Source: Spirochaetia bacterium
GTDB lineage: Bacteria > Spirochaetota > Spirochaetia > SZUA-6 > Bin103
DNA length: 64,000 nucleotides
Reading direction: 5' to 3'
Assembly (NCBI GenBank): GCA_965203905.1
Contig: CBDBDQ010000005.1
Coordinates: forward strand, 6,720,001-6,784,000
The notes under the pieces were generated by a model. The model saw nothing but the letters and a program-made list of their open reading frames with translations, had not been told where the DNA came from and ran no database searches. Below, piece after piece: positions 9,806 to 19,162 of this stretch; position 1 is the first letter of the stretch, and every line of letters begins with the position of its first letter. Made by a program: the position numbers and the translations under genes.

Positions 9806-11773
9806 CTACTCCATCCTTCTTTCTTCGGTCTTCCAGTACCACTGCCAGATTCTGCCACCTTCCTCAGGGTATAGCGACTGTTTTGTACGCCCCCAGACGT
9901 TGCCAAGATCCTTGTGAATTGCCCAACTCCACGGCGGAACTGCGAAGCCCATTTGAAGCATTTCCTGGGCCACAATGGTTCGGTACTCGTTACGCGCGGA
10001 CGCGGCCTCGGCCTCGTCAGTGGTAGCTTGAATGAGATCATAAAGCTCGAATAGTCTGCGATGTAACCCCGCGGGCTCTTCGCCCGGCCTATCAGCAGCT
10101 GGCTTGTCTCTGTTTTGCCACCATTGCCACTGAGCGTTACCCATTCGTGGAGGATTCAACGAAAGCCTGGTGAACTCACTATCGAATCGTCCACTCCACG
10201 GCCACATATAGATTCCGTAGCCTTCTTCGCTATCCATCATAGCAGCTCGCAGTCTGTGCTCTACCGGTTTCGCCAGACTGCGAATACCTATCTCTCTCCA
10301 ATTCTGCGTGGCTATCTCTGCGATCTCATCGGTGCCCATTCCCCATCCTGATACGTACATTAGAATAAGGGTAAACTTATCACCGTTAGGAAGCAGCCTG
10401 TACCCTTCATTGTCCGTCTTGTCCAGGCCTATCTCATCAAGCATATCCTGTGCACGGGACGGTTCATATTCTATCCACTTTCCGTCGATCTCCGGGTCAT
10501 AGACTCCTGGGCCACTGAAGCCGTGGGAGACCATCCCGAGACCTAACAGTGCTGTCTCATTGATGAGATCTCTATCCACGGCAATCGATAGTGCGCGACG
10601 GAAATTGACGTTCCGCAGGATCGCCCGCTCCTCAGGATCAGGATGGTTAACATTGAAAATAAGCGGGCTTATGGATCCGTTGGGGGCGAAGTATGACACC
10701 AGCTCTAGCCCGGTCTCATCGGTGGATTCAGCAATAAGAGGATAGTCGGGTACCGATATGCCCCTGCCAAAAACATCGACCTCGCCAGCCAATGCTTTTA
10801 CTTTCTGCAAGTTGGCAGATGCTCCTGTCAGCATTTGGATATCAAGATAGTCTATATAAGGAAGCTGGTTGCCAGCTTTGTCGACCATCCAGAAATAAGG
10901 ATTACGCTCCATCCGCGCAAATGTTTCCTTTTCGTATGCTACTATCTTCCACGGTGTCAGTACGGGATGGTCATAATCCTCATAGAACCGCGGATAGATG
11001 ATCTTGTCAGTTAACTTAAGAAACTGCTCTTTGGGATCTACACCGTCTTGCGGACTATAATCTGGATGAAATTGCTTCAGGTAGTGGGCAGGTGCGCGGA
11101 ACATCGCGCTGACTTCACCACCAGCAAATCCGCGCGAACGAAAGAGCAGCTTGGGATTCGGCTTTGCCATTACAATGCGCACTGTGTAGTCATCAAGCAT
11201 GACTATGTTATCGTTGCTTGGATTCAACCCACCCGGTGTACCCAGAGGTTCCGTAATGTAACTTGATCTAACCAGATCATTCCACCAGAACATGATGTCA
11301 TTGGCCGTAAAAGGCTCGCCGTCTGACCACTTTATCCCCTCACGGAGATAGAATGTAACGGTCCTGAAATCCGACGAAAACTCCCACTCCTTGGCAAGCA
11401 AAGGTACAAATCCATCGAATTCAAGTTTCGTGAGGCCCATCTGCAAGTACTCGTTTAACATCAGCGGGTAGCGCTCGTGAGCCAACCGAAGTGCGCCTCC
11501 GTACTCTCCAATCCCCTCCTCGTATGCCTCGATCTCTGCAGGCGGCCACACCAAGGGCTCTGTCGGTAGCCGCTCGTCCACCGGCGGCAACTTGCCAGAC
11601 TCCACCAGTTCACCTAACATAGGTGCTTCATTAAACCTGCCCTGCGCCACTTCCACGACTACATTATCTGCACCTTCTGCTGATTCCTCTTCACCAGCAG
11701 GTCTGGCGACTAGCACGGTCCCGCTAACAAACAGCGCGACCAGAGTGATAAGCAATTTCATAACTTGTTTCAT
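9806..11773 (-). CDS. family-5 ABC solute-binding protein (probably sugar-binding)
   Basis: Signal peptide. EAPML..LV..G.LPPV.ERLP, GEYGG, LREGIKWSDGEPFTANDI, RNPYFW.VD..GNQLPYID. Confidence 0.9.
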   Translation of the reverse strand: MKQVMKLLITLVALFVSGTVLVARPAGEEESAEGADNVVVEVAQGRFNEAPMLGELVESGKLPPVDERLPTEPLVWPPAEIEAYEEGIGEYGGALRLAHERYPLMLNEYLQMGLTKLEFDGFVPLLAKEWEFSSDFRTVTFYLREGIKWSDGEPFTANDIMFWWNDLVRSSYITEPLGTPGGLNPSNDNIVMLDDYTVRIVMAKPNPKLLFRSRGFAGGEVSAMFRAPAHYLKQFHPDYSPQDGVDPKEQFLKLTDKIIYPRFYEDYDHPVLTPWKIVAYEKETFARMERNPYFWMVDKAGNQLPYIDYLDIQMLTGASANLQKVKALAGEVDVFGRGISVPDYPLIAESTDETGLELVSYFAPNGSISPLIFNVNHPDPEERAILRNVNFRRALSIAVDRDLINETALLGLGMVSHGFSGPGVYDPEIDGKWIEYEPSRAQDMLDEIGLDKTDNEGYRLLPNGDKFTLILMYVSGWGMGTDEIAEIATQNWREIGIRSLAKPVEHRLRAAMMDSEEGYGIYMWPWSGRFDSEFTRLSLNPPRMGNAQWQWWQNRDKPAADRPGEEPAGLHRRLFELYDLIQATTDEAEAASARNEYRTIVAQEMLQMGFAVPPWSWAIHKDLGNVWGRTKQSLYPEEGGRIWQWYWKTEERRME

Positions 11774-11846
11774 TACGTAAACCCTCCATCGTAATGACGT
11801 TCTCGGAACACAACACTAACCCACTATCCAAACCACATTCGACTGT

Positions 11847-12893
11847 TCACCCCCTACCCGACACCGTCCCGGTGTCCGAAATCCCGCCTAGCGTAAGATG
11901 TTCTGCCAAGTGACACGCAGATAAATGATCCCGAACAACAGTGCTCTGCTTCAGGCTCGGCTCTTGCTGAACACACAGCTCTTCCCCGTACGCGCACCTT
12001 GAATTGAATCTGCACCCCGAAAGATCTGCCCCTGGGTCACCCACGACGCCCTTGAGTGACCTCCGACTTCGATTCGCATGCGGATCCGGAATAGGAATCG
12101 CAGACAAAAGAGCCTCGGTATAAGGATGCTGCGGGCTCGAACAAACATCCAGCGCTCTGCCCACTTCCACGATCTTCCCCAAGTACATGACGGCAACAAA
12201 GTCGCTGACATGCCGAACCACCCCCAAATCATGTGAAATAAACAAGTAAGTAAGCCCGTGTATTCTCTGAAGTTCCATAAGCAGATTGAGGATCTGCGAT
12301 TGGATAGACACGTCCAGAGCCGAAGTCGGCTCATCACATACGACAAAGCTCGGACTAAGCGCCAATGCCCTCGCTATGGCGATCCGCTGACGCTGCCCGC
12401 CGCTAAACGAATGAGGGAATCTATTCATTACATCGGGCTTCAATCTTACGCTCTCAAGTAACCGAGCAACCCTATCATCGAGTTCCTTGCCCCTTGCCTC
12501 TCTATGCAGCACAATAGGCTCCGCGACGATATTTCTTATGTTCATACGCGGGTTCAGCGACGAATATGGATCTTGATAGATCATATTCATATCGCGTCTA
12601 GCGTATCTCAACTCACGCTTAGTAAGCTCCACCAGTTGCAGGATCGCACCATCATATTCATACTCGATCGTGCCTGCCGTAGGCTCGATCAGCCGCACCA
12701 TGACTCTCCCTAAAGTGGTCTTCCCACAACCACTTTCACCCACAATACCAAGCGTCTGTCCCTTATCGATTTCTAGATCCACGCCGTCTACCGCCGCTAT
12801 TTGTGTACCTGACTCTACGGCGAAAGTTCTAGCCACAGGAAACCATTTCTTTAAGTCCGTGGTCCTGATTTTTACGTCCCTAGGCGTATCCAT
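11847..12893 (-). CDS. oppF: Opp/Dpp-type ABC ATPase
   Basis: GESGCGKTT, FSGGQRQR, CDEPTSALD, C-terminal Cys motif. Confidence 0.9.
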   Translation of the reverse strand: MDTPRDVKIRTTDLKKWFPVARTFAVESGTQIAAVDGVDLEIDKGQTLGIVGESGCGKTTLGRVMVRLIEPTAGTIEYEYDGAILQLVELTKRELRYARRDMNMIYQDPYSSLNPRMNIRNIVAEPIVLHREARGKELDDRVARLLESVRLKPDVMNRFPHSFSGGQRQRIAIARALALSPSFVVCDEPTSALDVSIQSQILNLLMELQRIHGLTYLFISHDLGVVRHVSDFVAVMYLGKIVEVGRALDVCSSPQHPYTEALLSAIPIPDPHANRSRRSLKGVVGDPGADLSGCRFNSRCAYGEELCVQQEPSLKQSTVVRDHLSACHLAEHLTLGGISDTGTVSGRG

Positions 12894-12899
12894 ACAATC

Positions 12900-13931
12900 T
12901 CAAGCAAACAGCCAACATCGTACCTGATGTCCAGAGTCTATCTCAATTCGTGGTGGCAACCGCTCTCTGCATATTCCCATCACTTTGTCGCAGCGTTCCG
13001 AAAACGGACAACTGCTCGGCACTTCGCCTAGTTCTGGCACGATTCCGCTGAGAGACTTCAACTCTGTCTTAGGGGTACTAATCAGACTCGGCATTGATTC
13101 CAAGAGTCCACTAGTATATGGATGTCGTGGATAAGCAAACAAGCTCTTTACGTCAGCGTATTCTGCGACGGTACCGAGATACATTACTAGTACGTTTCTG
13201 GCCATCTCGGCGACTATTCCCAAGCTATGTGTAATTAAGACAATCGCCATTCCTGTTTCAGTCTGGAGATACTTTAGGAGCTCTAGTATCTGAGCTTGAA
13301 TTGTCACATCCAATGCGGTGGTAGGCTCGTCCGCTAACAGAAGTTGAGGACGACATACGATGGCTATTGCAATCATCGCCCTTTGCCTCATGCCACCGCT
13401 CAATTGCCCGGGATATTTTTTTGCCATGTCTTCGGGGTCGGGTAACCCAACTTGTTCAAGGATCTGTACAGCCCGTTGTTGAGCCTCTTTTTTGGACAAC
13501 TTGCTGTGCTCCAGCAAGCCTTCCGTTATCTGGTTGCCAATTGAAAACATGGGGTGAAGGGATCGCATTGGCTCCTGGAAAATCATAGCTACTTCTTTTC
13601 CCCTAATTTTCCTCATTTTTCTTCCATTTGGAGGCAATTTGGTCACATCAACCAATTCGCCGTCATGACTAACCAATATGCTCCCTTGATCGATGCTGCC
13701 AGGGGGCAGTGGGACAAGTCCGAGAGTGGCAAGAGCGGTCACGCTCTTGCCACAACCGCTCTCGCCCACAATTCCCAGGATTTCGTTCCGTCTCACGCTG
13801 AAGCTCACTCCATTTACTGCATGGACTCTCCCAACCGCATGCCTAAAGGATACATGCAGATCCTGAACATCTAAGACTATGTCACTGTCTGTCTGCTTTT
13901 TCTTGGCAGAGGTTTCGCTTTCGTTACTCAA
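12900..13931 (-). CDS. oppD: Opp/Dpp-type ABC ATPase (start uncertain, TTG at 13931 or 13994)
   Basis: GESGCGKS, LSGGMRQR, ADEPTTALD, CPF..RC motif. Confidence 0.9.
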   Translation of the reverse strand: MSNESETSAKKKQTDSDIVLDVQDLHVSFRHAVGRVHAVNGVSFSVRRNEILGIVGESGCGKSVTALATLGLVPLPPGSIDQGSILVSHDGELVDVTKLPPNGRKMRKIRGKEVAMIFQEPMRSLHPMFSIGNQITEGLLEHSKLSKKEAQQRAVQILEQVGLPDPEDMAKKYPGQLSGGMRQRAMIAIAIVCRPQLLLADEPTTALDVTIQAQILELLKYLQTETGMAIVLITHSLGIVAEMARNVLVMYLGTVAEYADVKSLFAYPRHPYTSGLLESMPSLISTPKTELKSLSGIVPELGEVPSSCPFSERCDKVMGICRERLPPRIEIDSGHQVRCWLFA

Positions 13932-14020
13932 TTGACAGTCTACCAATACAGGCCTGGCGCGTGCGATATTCAAAGAGCTCGAACTTCCAGGCAAAGTGTG
14001 TTGAGTCGAGATCCATTGGT

Positions 14021-14032
14021 AGTGTTAACACT
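14021..14032. promoter_or_regulatory. perfect 12-bp palindrome, candidate operator upstream of the minus-strand island operon
   Basis: AGTGTTAACACT, immediately followed by the hairpin CAGCGCCG-N10-CGGCGCTG and GGTCTTTT. Confidence 0.35.
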
Positions 14033-14860
14033 CAGCGCCGGCCGGCAACTCGGCGCTGGGTCTTTTCGGGAGCCAGTCGTGGGCGGGATCCGGTATGTTT
14101 GCGTGCGCTGGAAAGGCCGCGGCTAGGTCCGCCTGCCGGCTCGGCAATGCCGCTACGGCGACGCCTGGGGTCTGCGCGCACACGGCGCGCTCAGTCCTGG
14201 CGGTCGGTGGCGCGACGAGTCTATGAAAGAATGGGTAGAGAGGAGGATGCACCGGCTGCGTCAACGAGAACCGGTCACTGCGCGGACGGCCGTCATGGGG
14301 CGTTTTCAGCATCCGTCGAACCCCGAGTAGAGTACTATCGCACGCACGCGGCATACCGTCAACCGCTCGATGCCGCAATGCCGCAGCGCCGCAGCGTACA
14401 AGAGCAATTACAACTTCGTTGGTGACGGACTCCGTGGTGCCGCCGCTCCGTACAAGTGAGGTTAATCAGATGTATCCGTTGCTGTCGGTCTTCCGGTGGT
14501 ATGTCTCCATCGTCGACTCCCGCCACACTCAATTCGTCGATCGCACTCTAACGTGGTGTCACCGGGTGATCGGCGCGGACCCGCAGGGCGTGGTGAAAAT
14601 CACGAAATCGATGATGATCAGACCGTACGCGGATTGTAGTTCCAGAGCACCCGTATAGAGCGCGAAGCGATGCTTTTCGACGCGCATACGCTTGTCGGGC
14701 AGTGCTTCGACCTTCGCGTGAGAGGCATGCAGGGTTTCACGATGTCCGGTTGGGGCGGGCAACTTGCGGGTGGAATCGACGCCGAGGATTCTTCTGGTAA
14801 CCACACCACTGCGTCGCACCGGCTTGCGGCCGGCTGGTACTGGTGTCACCATGCTGGCGT

Positions 14861-15910
14861 ATGATGCCCCGCACCACCCGAGTGGCCGCCCTCGACGGCA
14901 ACGGCCGTGGCAAGCTGATCGAACGCGACGTGCCGGAGCTTGCCGCCGGACACGTGCTGGTGGAGGTGCGCGCTTCCATGATCAGCCCCGGCACCGAGCT
15001 GGGCCGGGCCAGACGGTTCCGCGGCGCGCCTGACCCCGACTTCGGGTGGCGGCCGTTCGGCTACTCCAACGCCGGCACGGTGGTGGCCGTCGGTGCCGGT
15101 GTTACCCGCCTCGGCGCCGGCGACGGGGTTGCCTGCATGGGCGCCGGGATGGCCTATCACGCGGACTACGCGGTGGTGCCGCAGAACCTGTGCACGCCGA
15201 TTCCCGCGGGGCTGGGGTTCGACCACGCCGCGTCGGTGCACCTGGCCGCCACCGCGGTCAACGCCATACGCCGCACGGTGCCGCTGTTCGGCGAGAACGG
15301 AATCGTGGCGGGGCTCGGCATCGTGGGCCAACTGTGCTGCCAGCTGTTTCAGGCGTCGGGCTGCCACGCCATGGGCATGGATCCGCTGCAGGGGAGACGC
15401 GATATCGCGCTCGCCGCCGGCGCCGCGGGGGTGGTGGACCCGGTGACCGAGGAGGTAGCCGCCGTGGCCCGGCGCTTCTCGCGCGGTCTCGGCATCGACT
15501 TCGGTGTGATCGCGTTCGGTGGCGACGCCTCGGCCGCCTTCCGGCAACTCTACCAGGCGCTGCGCGAACAGCCCGACAGCCACCACACCGGGCGCATCGT
15601 GATCGTCGGCGGCGCCCAGGTCAGCCACGGTTTCGGCGCCTCTCTCGGCAACGTCGACGTGCGCAGTGCCGCGCGCACCGGACCCGGCTACCATGACGGC
15701 GAGTGGGAGGCGGGCCGCGACTACCCGCCGGTGCTGGTGGAGTGGAGCACGCAGCGCAACCTGGCGGAGTCGCTGCGGGCGATGACCGACGGCCGCCTCC
15801 GCATCGAGCCGCTCATCACCCACCGCTTCGCCCTGGAGCGCGTGGCCGAGGCGGTGGACCTGCTGGTCGAGCGACCGGCGGAGGCGGTGGGCGTGGTGCT
15901 GCAGCCGTAG
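14861..15910 (+). CDS. MDR-family (zinc-binding-like) dehydrogenase
   Basis: ISPGTE, GYSNAG.V, GLGIVG Rossmann motif. ATG at 14861 preferred over GTG at 14843. Confidence 0.85.
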   Translation: MMPRTTRVAALDGNGRGKLIERDVPELAAGHVLVEVRASMISPGTELGRARRFRGAPDPDFGWRPFGYSNAGTVVAVGAGVTRLGAGDGVACMGAGMAYHADYAVVPQNLCTPIPAGLGFDHAASVHLAATAVNAIRRTVPLFGENGIVAGLGIVGQLCCQLFQASGCHAMGMDPLQGRRDIALAAGAAGVVDPVTEEVAAVARRFSRGLGIDFGVIAFGGDASAAFRQLYQALREQPDSHHTGRIVIVGGAQVSHGFGASLGNVDVRSAARTGPGYHDGEWEAGRDYPPVLVEWSTQRNLAESLRAMTDGRLRIEPLITHRFALERVAEAVDLLVERPAEAVGVVLQP

Positions 15911-15931
15911 CCGCCACGGGAGGTGAGTGAC

Positions 15932-17113
15932 ATGGAGAGCGTACCGGGCGGGACACTGTTTCCGACCATCGTCGTGGGCAGCCTGCCGCGACCGCAGTGG
16001 ATCCGGGAGCTGATCGAGGAACGGACCGCGGGAGACATCGGCCTGGCGGACGCGGACCGGTTGCTGGACGATGCGGTGCTCTCGGCGATCCGGCTGCAGG
16101 AGCGCGCGGGACTGGACTTCATCTCCGACGGCGAGTGGCGGCGCACCCACTACTGCCGGGTGTTCACCGAGGCGGTGGCCGGGTTCGTGCCGGGCCTGGT
16201 GCCGACATCCGGCGCGCGTATCGGCGAGCGGCGGGCCGCCCCTTCCGGCTCCTTCGACCCCGGCGTGGTGGCGCGCATGGAGCCCGAGCGTCCGATCGCG
16301 ACCACCGAAGCCGCGTTCCTGCGCGACCACACCGACTCCCGCATCATGGTCGCCCTGCCCTCCCCCTACACCCTGGGGCGGCGCATGTGGAGCGCCGAGC
16401 ACTCCAGCGCCGCCTATCCGACGCGGGAGGGCTTCATGAAGGCGATCGTGCCCATCATCCGTCGCGAGATCGTGGAGCTGGCGCGGCTGGGGGTGGATGC
16501 GGTGCAGTTGGACAACCCGTGGCCGGCGATAGACGTGGACCCCCGGCTCGCCGACTCCACGGCGCCGCCGGCGGCGGACTGGGCCGCCTCGCAGGAGGAG
16601 ATCGCCGCGGACCTGGAGCGCGAGGCGGAGCTGTGCGCCAAATGCATCAACGGCGCCACCGAGGGCATCGAGGGCGTGTTCCTCAACATGCACATCTGCC
16701 ACACCCGCGGCCACACCAGCCGCGCCTCCTATGACGCGATCTTCGGCGTGCTCGGACGCATGAACGTGCACCGCTACGCGCTGGAGTTCGCCACCCCGGA
16801 CGCGGGCGTCACCGAGGTGCTCGCCCACTTTCCCGAGGACAAGATCCTGGGGCTCGGCGTGATCCACCCCTTCGACGCCGCCGTGGAGCCGGTGGAGCAG
16901 GTGGTGGGGCTGGTGGAGCGGGCCATGCGGTTCGTCCCCAAGGAACGAATCAGCCTGAACTCCAACTGCGGCTTCGCCCCCGGGGCCGGCAGCGCCCGTC
17001 CCCGCGCCGGCGGCCCCAAGCCGTTCAACACCATCGTGGAACTGGACGACGCCTACCTCAAGCTGCGCGCCATGTGCCAGGCCGCCGCGGTGCTGCGCGA
17101 GCGCCACGGCTGA
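15932..17113 (+). CDS. cobalamin-independent methionine synthase II-like (single-barrel MetE family) Zn enzyme
   Basis: VGSLPRP, SDGEWRR, candidate Zn ligands HIC...E...NCG. GGAGGTGA SD precedes ATG 15932. Confidence 0.85.
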   Translation: MESVPGGTLFPTIVVGSLPRPQWIRELIEERTAGDIGLADADRLLDDAVLSAIRLQERAGLDFISDGEWRRTHYCRVFTEAVAGFVPGLVPTSGARIGERRAAPSGSFDPGVVARMEPERPIATTEAAFLRDHTDSRIMVALPSPYTLGRRMWSAEHSSAAYPTREGFMKAIVPIIRREIVELARLGVDAVQLDNPWPAIDVDPRLADSTAPPAADWAASQEEIAADLEREAELCAKCINGATEGIEGVFLNMHICHTRGHTSRASYDAIFGVLGRMNVHRYALEFATPDAGVTEVLAHFPEDKILGLGVIHPFDAAVEPVEQVVGLVERAMRFVPKERISLNSNCGFAPGAGSARPRAGGPKPFNTIVELDDAYLKLRAMCQAAAVLRERHG

Positions 17114-17140
17114 GCCGGGCCGCGGCGCAACCAGCAGCTC

Positions 17141-18247
17141 GTGCAGGCCGACGCGGACAGCGGGGCCGCCCAGCTCCAGCGCTTTGCGCGCGAGTTCGCC
17201 ACGGCGGCGCAGTGGCGGCAGCGCGCCGCGCGCGTACGCCGGGGAGTGCTGTGCGGCATGCAGCTCGCCGCGCCGCCGAAGGCGCCGCTGGACCCGCTCG
17301 TCCACAGCGAGCGGGAGGGCGACGGCTACCGCGTCGCCAACGTGGCCTTCGAGAGCCTGCCGGGCTTCTTCGTCACCGGCAACCTCTACCGGCCGCTGCA
17401 GCCCCCTGCGCCCGGCGGCGCGCATGCCGGAATGCTGTGTCCGCACGGGCACTTCCCCGGCGGAAGGTTCCGCCCCGACCTGCAGCGCCGCTGCGCCGCG
17501 CTGGCGCGCATGGGAGCGGTGGTGTTCGCCTACGACATGGTGGGCTGGGGCGAGTCGCGGCAGGTGGACCACAACCACGACCCGTACGTGCTCACGCTGC
17601 AGTGCTGGAACAGCATCCGTGGCATCGACTTCCTGCTGTCCCTGGGAGAGGTGGACCCCGACCGCATCGGCATCACCGGCGCCTCGGGTGGCGGCACCCA
17701 GACCTTCCTGCTGGCGGCGCTGGACCAACGGGTGCGGGTCTCGATCCCCGTGGTGATGGTATCCGCCCACTTCCCCGGCGGCTGCAACTGCGAGAGCGGC
17801 CTGCCGATTCGCCACGGCCCAAACCACGAGACCAACAACGCCGACATCGCCGCCCTGGCCGCGCCGCGCCCGCAACTCCTGATCTCCGTCACCTGGCGCC
17901 GAGAGGGCACCGGGCGCAGGAAGGACCAATCCTGCAACACCCCCGAGGTCGAGTTCCCCTACCTCCGTCGCGTGTACCGCCTGCTCGGCGCGGAGGACAA
18001 CGTCGCCAACCTGCACCTCGCCGACGAGGGTCACGACTACGGCTTCAACAAGCGAGTGGGTGCCTACGCGTTCTGCGCACAGCACCTGGATCTGGAGCTG
18101 GCCGCCATACAGAACCGCACGGGCCAAGTCGACGAATCGTTCGTCCGCCTCCTGGATGAGACCGACTTGAGGGTGTGGGACGCGGAACACCCGCCTCCGG
18201 CCGCCCCGCTGAGCGGCGCCGCCCTACTGGACCTGCCTCCCGCGTAG
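17141..18247 (+). CDS. alpha/beta hydrolase (acetylxylan-esterase-like)
   Basis: CPHGH, YDMVG.GES, nucleophile elbow GASGGG, GGC.CE, AAPRP, GHDYG. Confidence 0.8.
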   Translation: MQADADSGAAQLQRFAREFATAAQWRQRAARVRRGVLCGMQLAAPPKAPLDPLVHSEREGDGYRVANVAFESLPGFFVTGNLYRPLQPPAPGGAHAGMLCPHGHFPGGRFRPDLQRRCAALARMGAVVFAYDMVGWGESRQVDHNHDPYVLTLQCWNSIRGIDFLLSLGEVDPDRIGITGASGGGTQTFLLAALDQRVRVSIPVVMVSAHFPGGCNCESGLPIRHGPNHETNNADIAALAAPRPQLLISVTWRREGTGRRKDQSCNTPEVEFPYLRRVYRLLGAEDNVANLHLADEGHDYGFNKRVGAYAFCAQHLDLELAAIQNRTGQVDESFVRLLDETDLRVWDAEHPPPAAPLSGAALLDLPPA

Positions 18248-18349
18248 CGAGCCATGTCAACTCGGGCCAGCGTCCCGTAGCCGAGTATCACTTGCTACGG
18301 AATCCGCGGAATCGTTGACGAACCACTGGGGATGCGCGACAGTCCCACC

Positions 18350-18583
18350 ATGGCAACTGTCCGAGCTGATGCAAAGAAGCGGGTCGTCATCCCTGCTGCC
18401 CAGCCTGGAGAAACCTTCGAACTCCAGAGTCAGGGGGCGGGACGGTTCCTCCTCGTCCGACTGTCGGCTCCTCAGGAAGCGCCAACGAAGACCAGAGAAG
18501 AGTGCCTTGCGTCCATAGCGGAGAATCCCCTTCGGCTTCGACTTTCGTGGGAGGAACTGCGACGACAGACTCGGGAGCCATGA
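18350..18583 (+). CDS. AbrB/VapB-like antitoxin
   Basis: 77 aa starting MATVRADAKKRVVIP (swapped-hairpin-like). ATGA overlap with the PIN gene. TTGACG box and a TGGG(G)A...TCCCA inverted repeat lie upstream. Confidence 0.7.
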   Translation: MATVRADAKKRVVIPAAQPGETFELQSQGAGRFLLVRLSAPQEAPTKTREECLASIAENPLRLRLSWEELRRQTREP

Positions 18584-18965
18584 CCCTGCTGGACACCAAC
18601 GTGCTCATCTATGCCTCCCAGGCCGATGCTGTGCATCATGATTGGGCACGCCTCACCGTAGCTGATGCTGTGGCATCAGAAGGCGCCGCCATCAACGCTG
18701 TCAGCGTCGCCGAAATCTGCGTTGGGGCGGACCATGCCGCCACCGAGATCGGACGCGTTCGGGCTTGGGGTGTGGAGATTCTTGATGTACCCGGCGCGGC
18801 AGCAGAAGTATGTGCGGCTGCATATCGCCGATATCGAGAACGAAGGCGGTTGCAGTCAGGACTTGAGTCGCCAGCAATCCCGCCGAGATTATGGATTGGC
18901 CGCTCGCGACCGCAGATCGATCCAGAGTCGCGGCTTATTTCCCATCGGTACGCCTGATCACACCG
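18580..18965 (+). pseudogene. vapC: VapC/PIN toxin, frameshifted by an internal deletion
   Basis: MTLLDTNVL...AE.... After PAIP the expected C-terminus (AEIMDWPLATADRSRVAAYFPSVRLITP) continues in another frame from about 18882. Confidence 0.75.
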
Positions 18966-19162
18966 TTTCCCGAGCCGGTGCATCCCGAATCACCGACCAT
19001 CTCCGAGCCAACCGGTAGTCCGCGGACAGAAATCGAGGGGAATGGCAATCACGGTGGCAGGGAGTAGTAACCCGTGGCGAACTCGCGCGGCGCTTCAGCT
19101 CAGCTCGGGATGCGACCCGTTCATTTCTGCTCCTCGCCAAACCGTCAGTTTCATGTGACCGG

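Larger units (their letters stand above)
1..14000. other. lower-GC carbohydrate-utilisation segment (probable horizontally acquired island, open at left edge)
   Basis: Roughly 50-55% GC by eye with many A/T-ending codons, against about 70% from 14.8 kb onward. No integrase or tRNA seen at the right junction. Confidence 0.75.

Noticed and set aside
13990-14860. tRNA/att integration site for the low-GC segment
   Set aside because: No cloverleaf, tRNA 3'-end or integrase recognised.
14846-18190. 1114-aa minus-strand ORF, and similar long ORFs at 19959..22127, 36605..38827, 44163..46949, 48711..50816 and 60145..62628
   Set aside because: Antisense shadows of real high-GC genes with no recognisable motifs.
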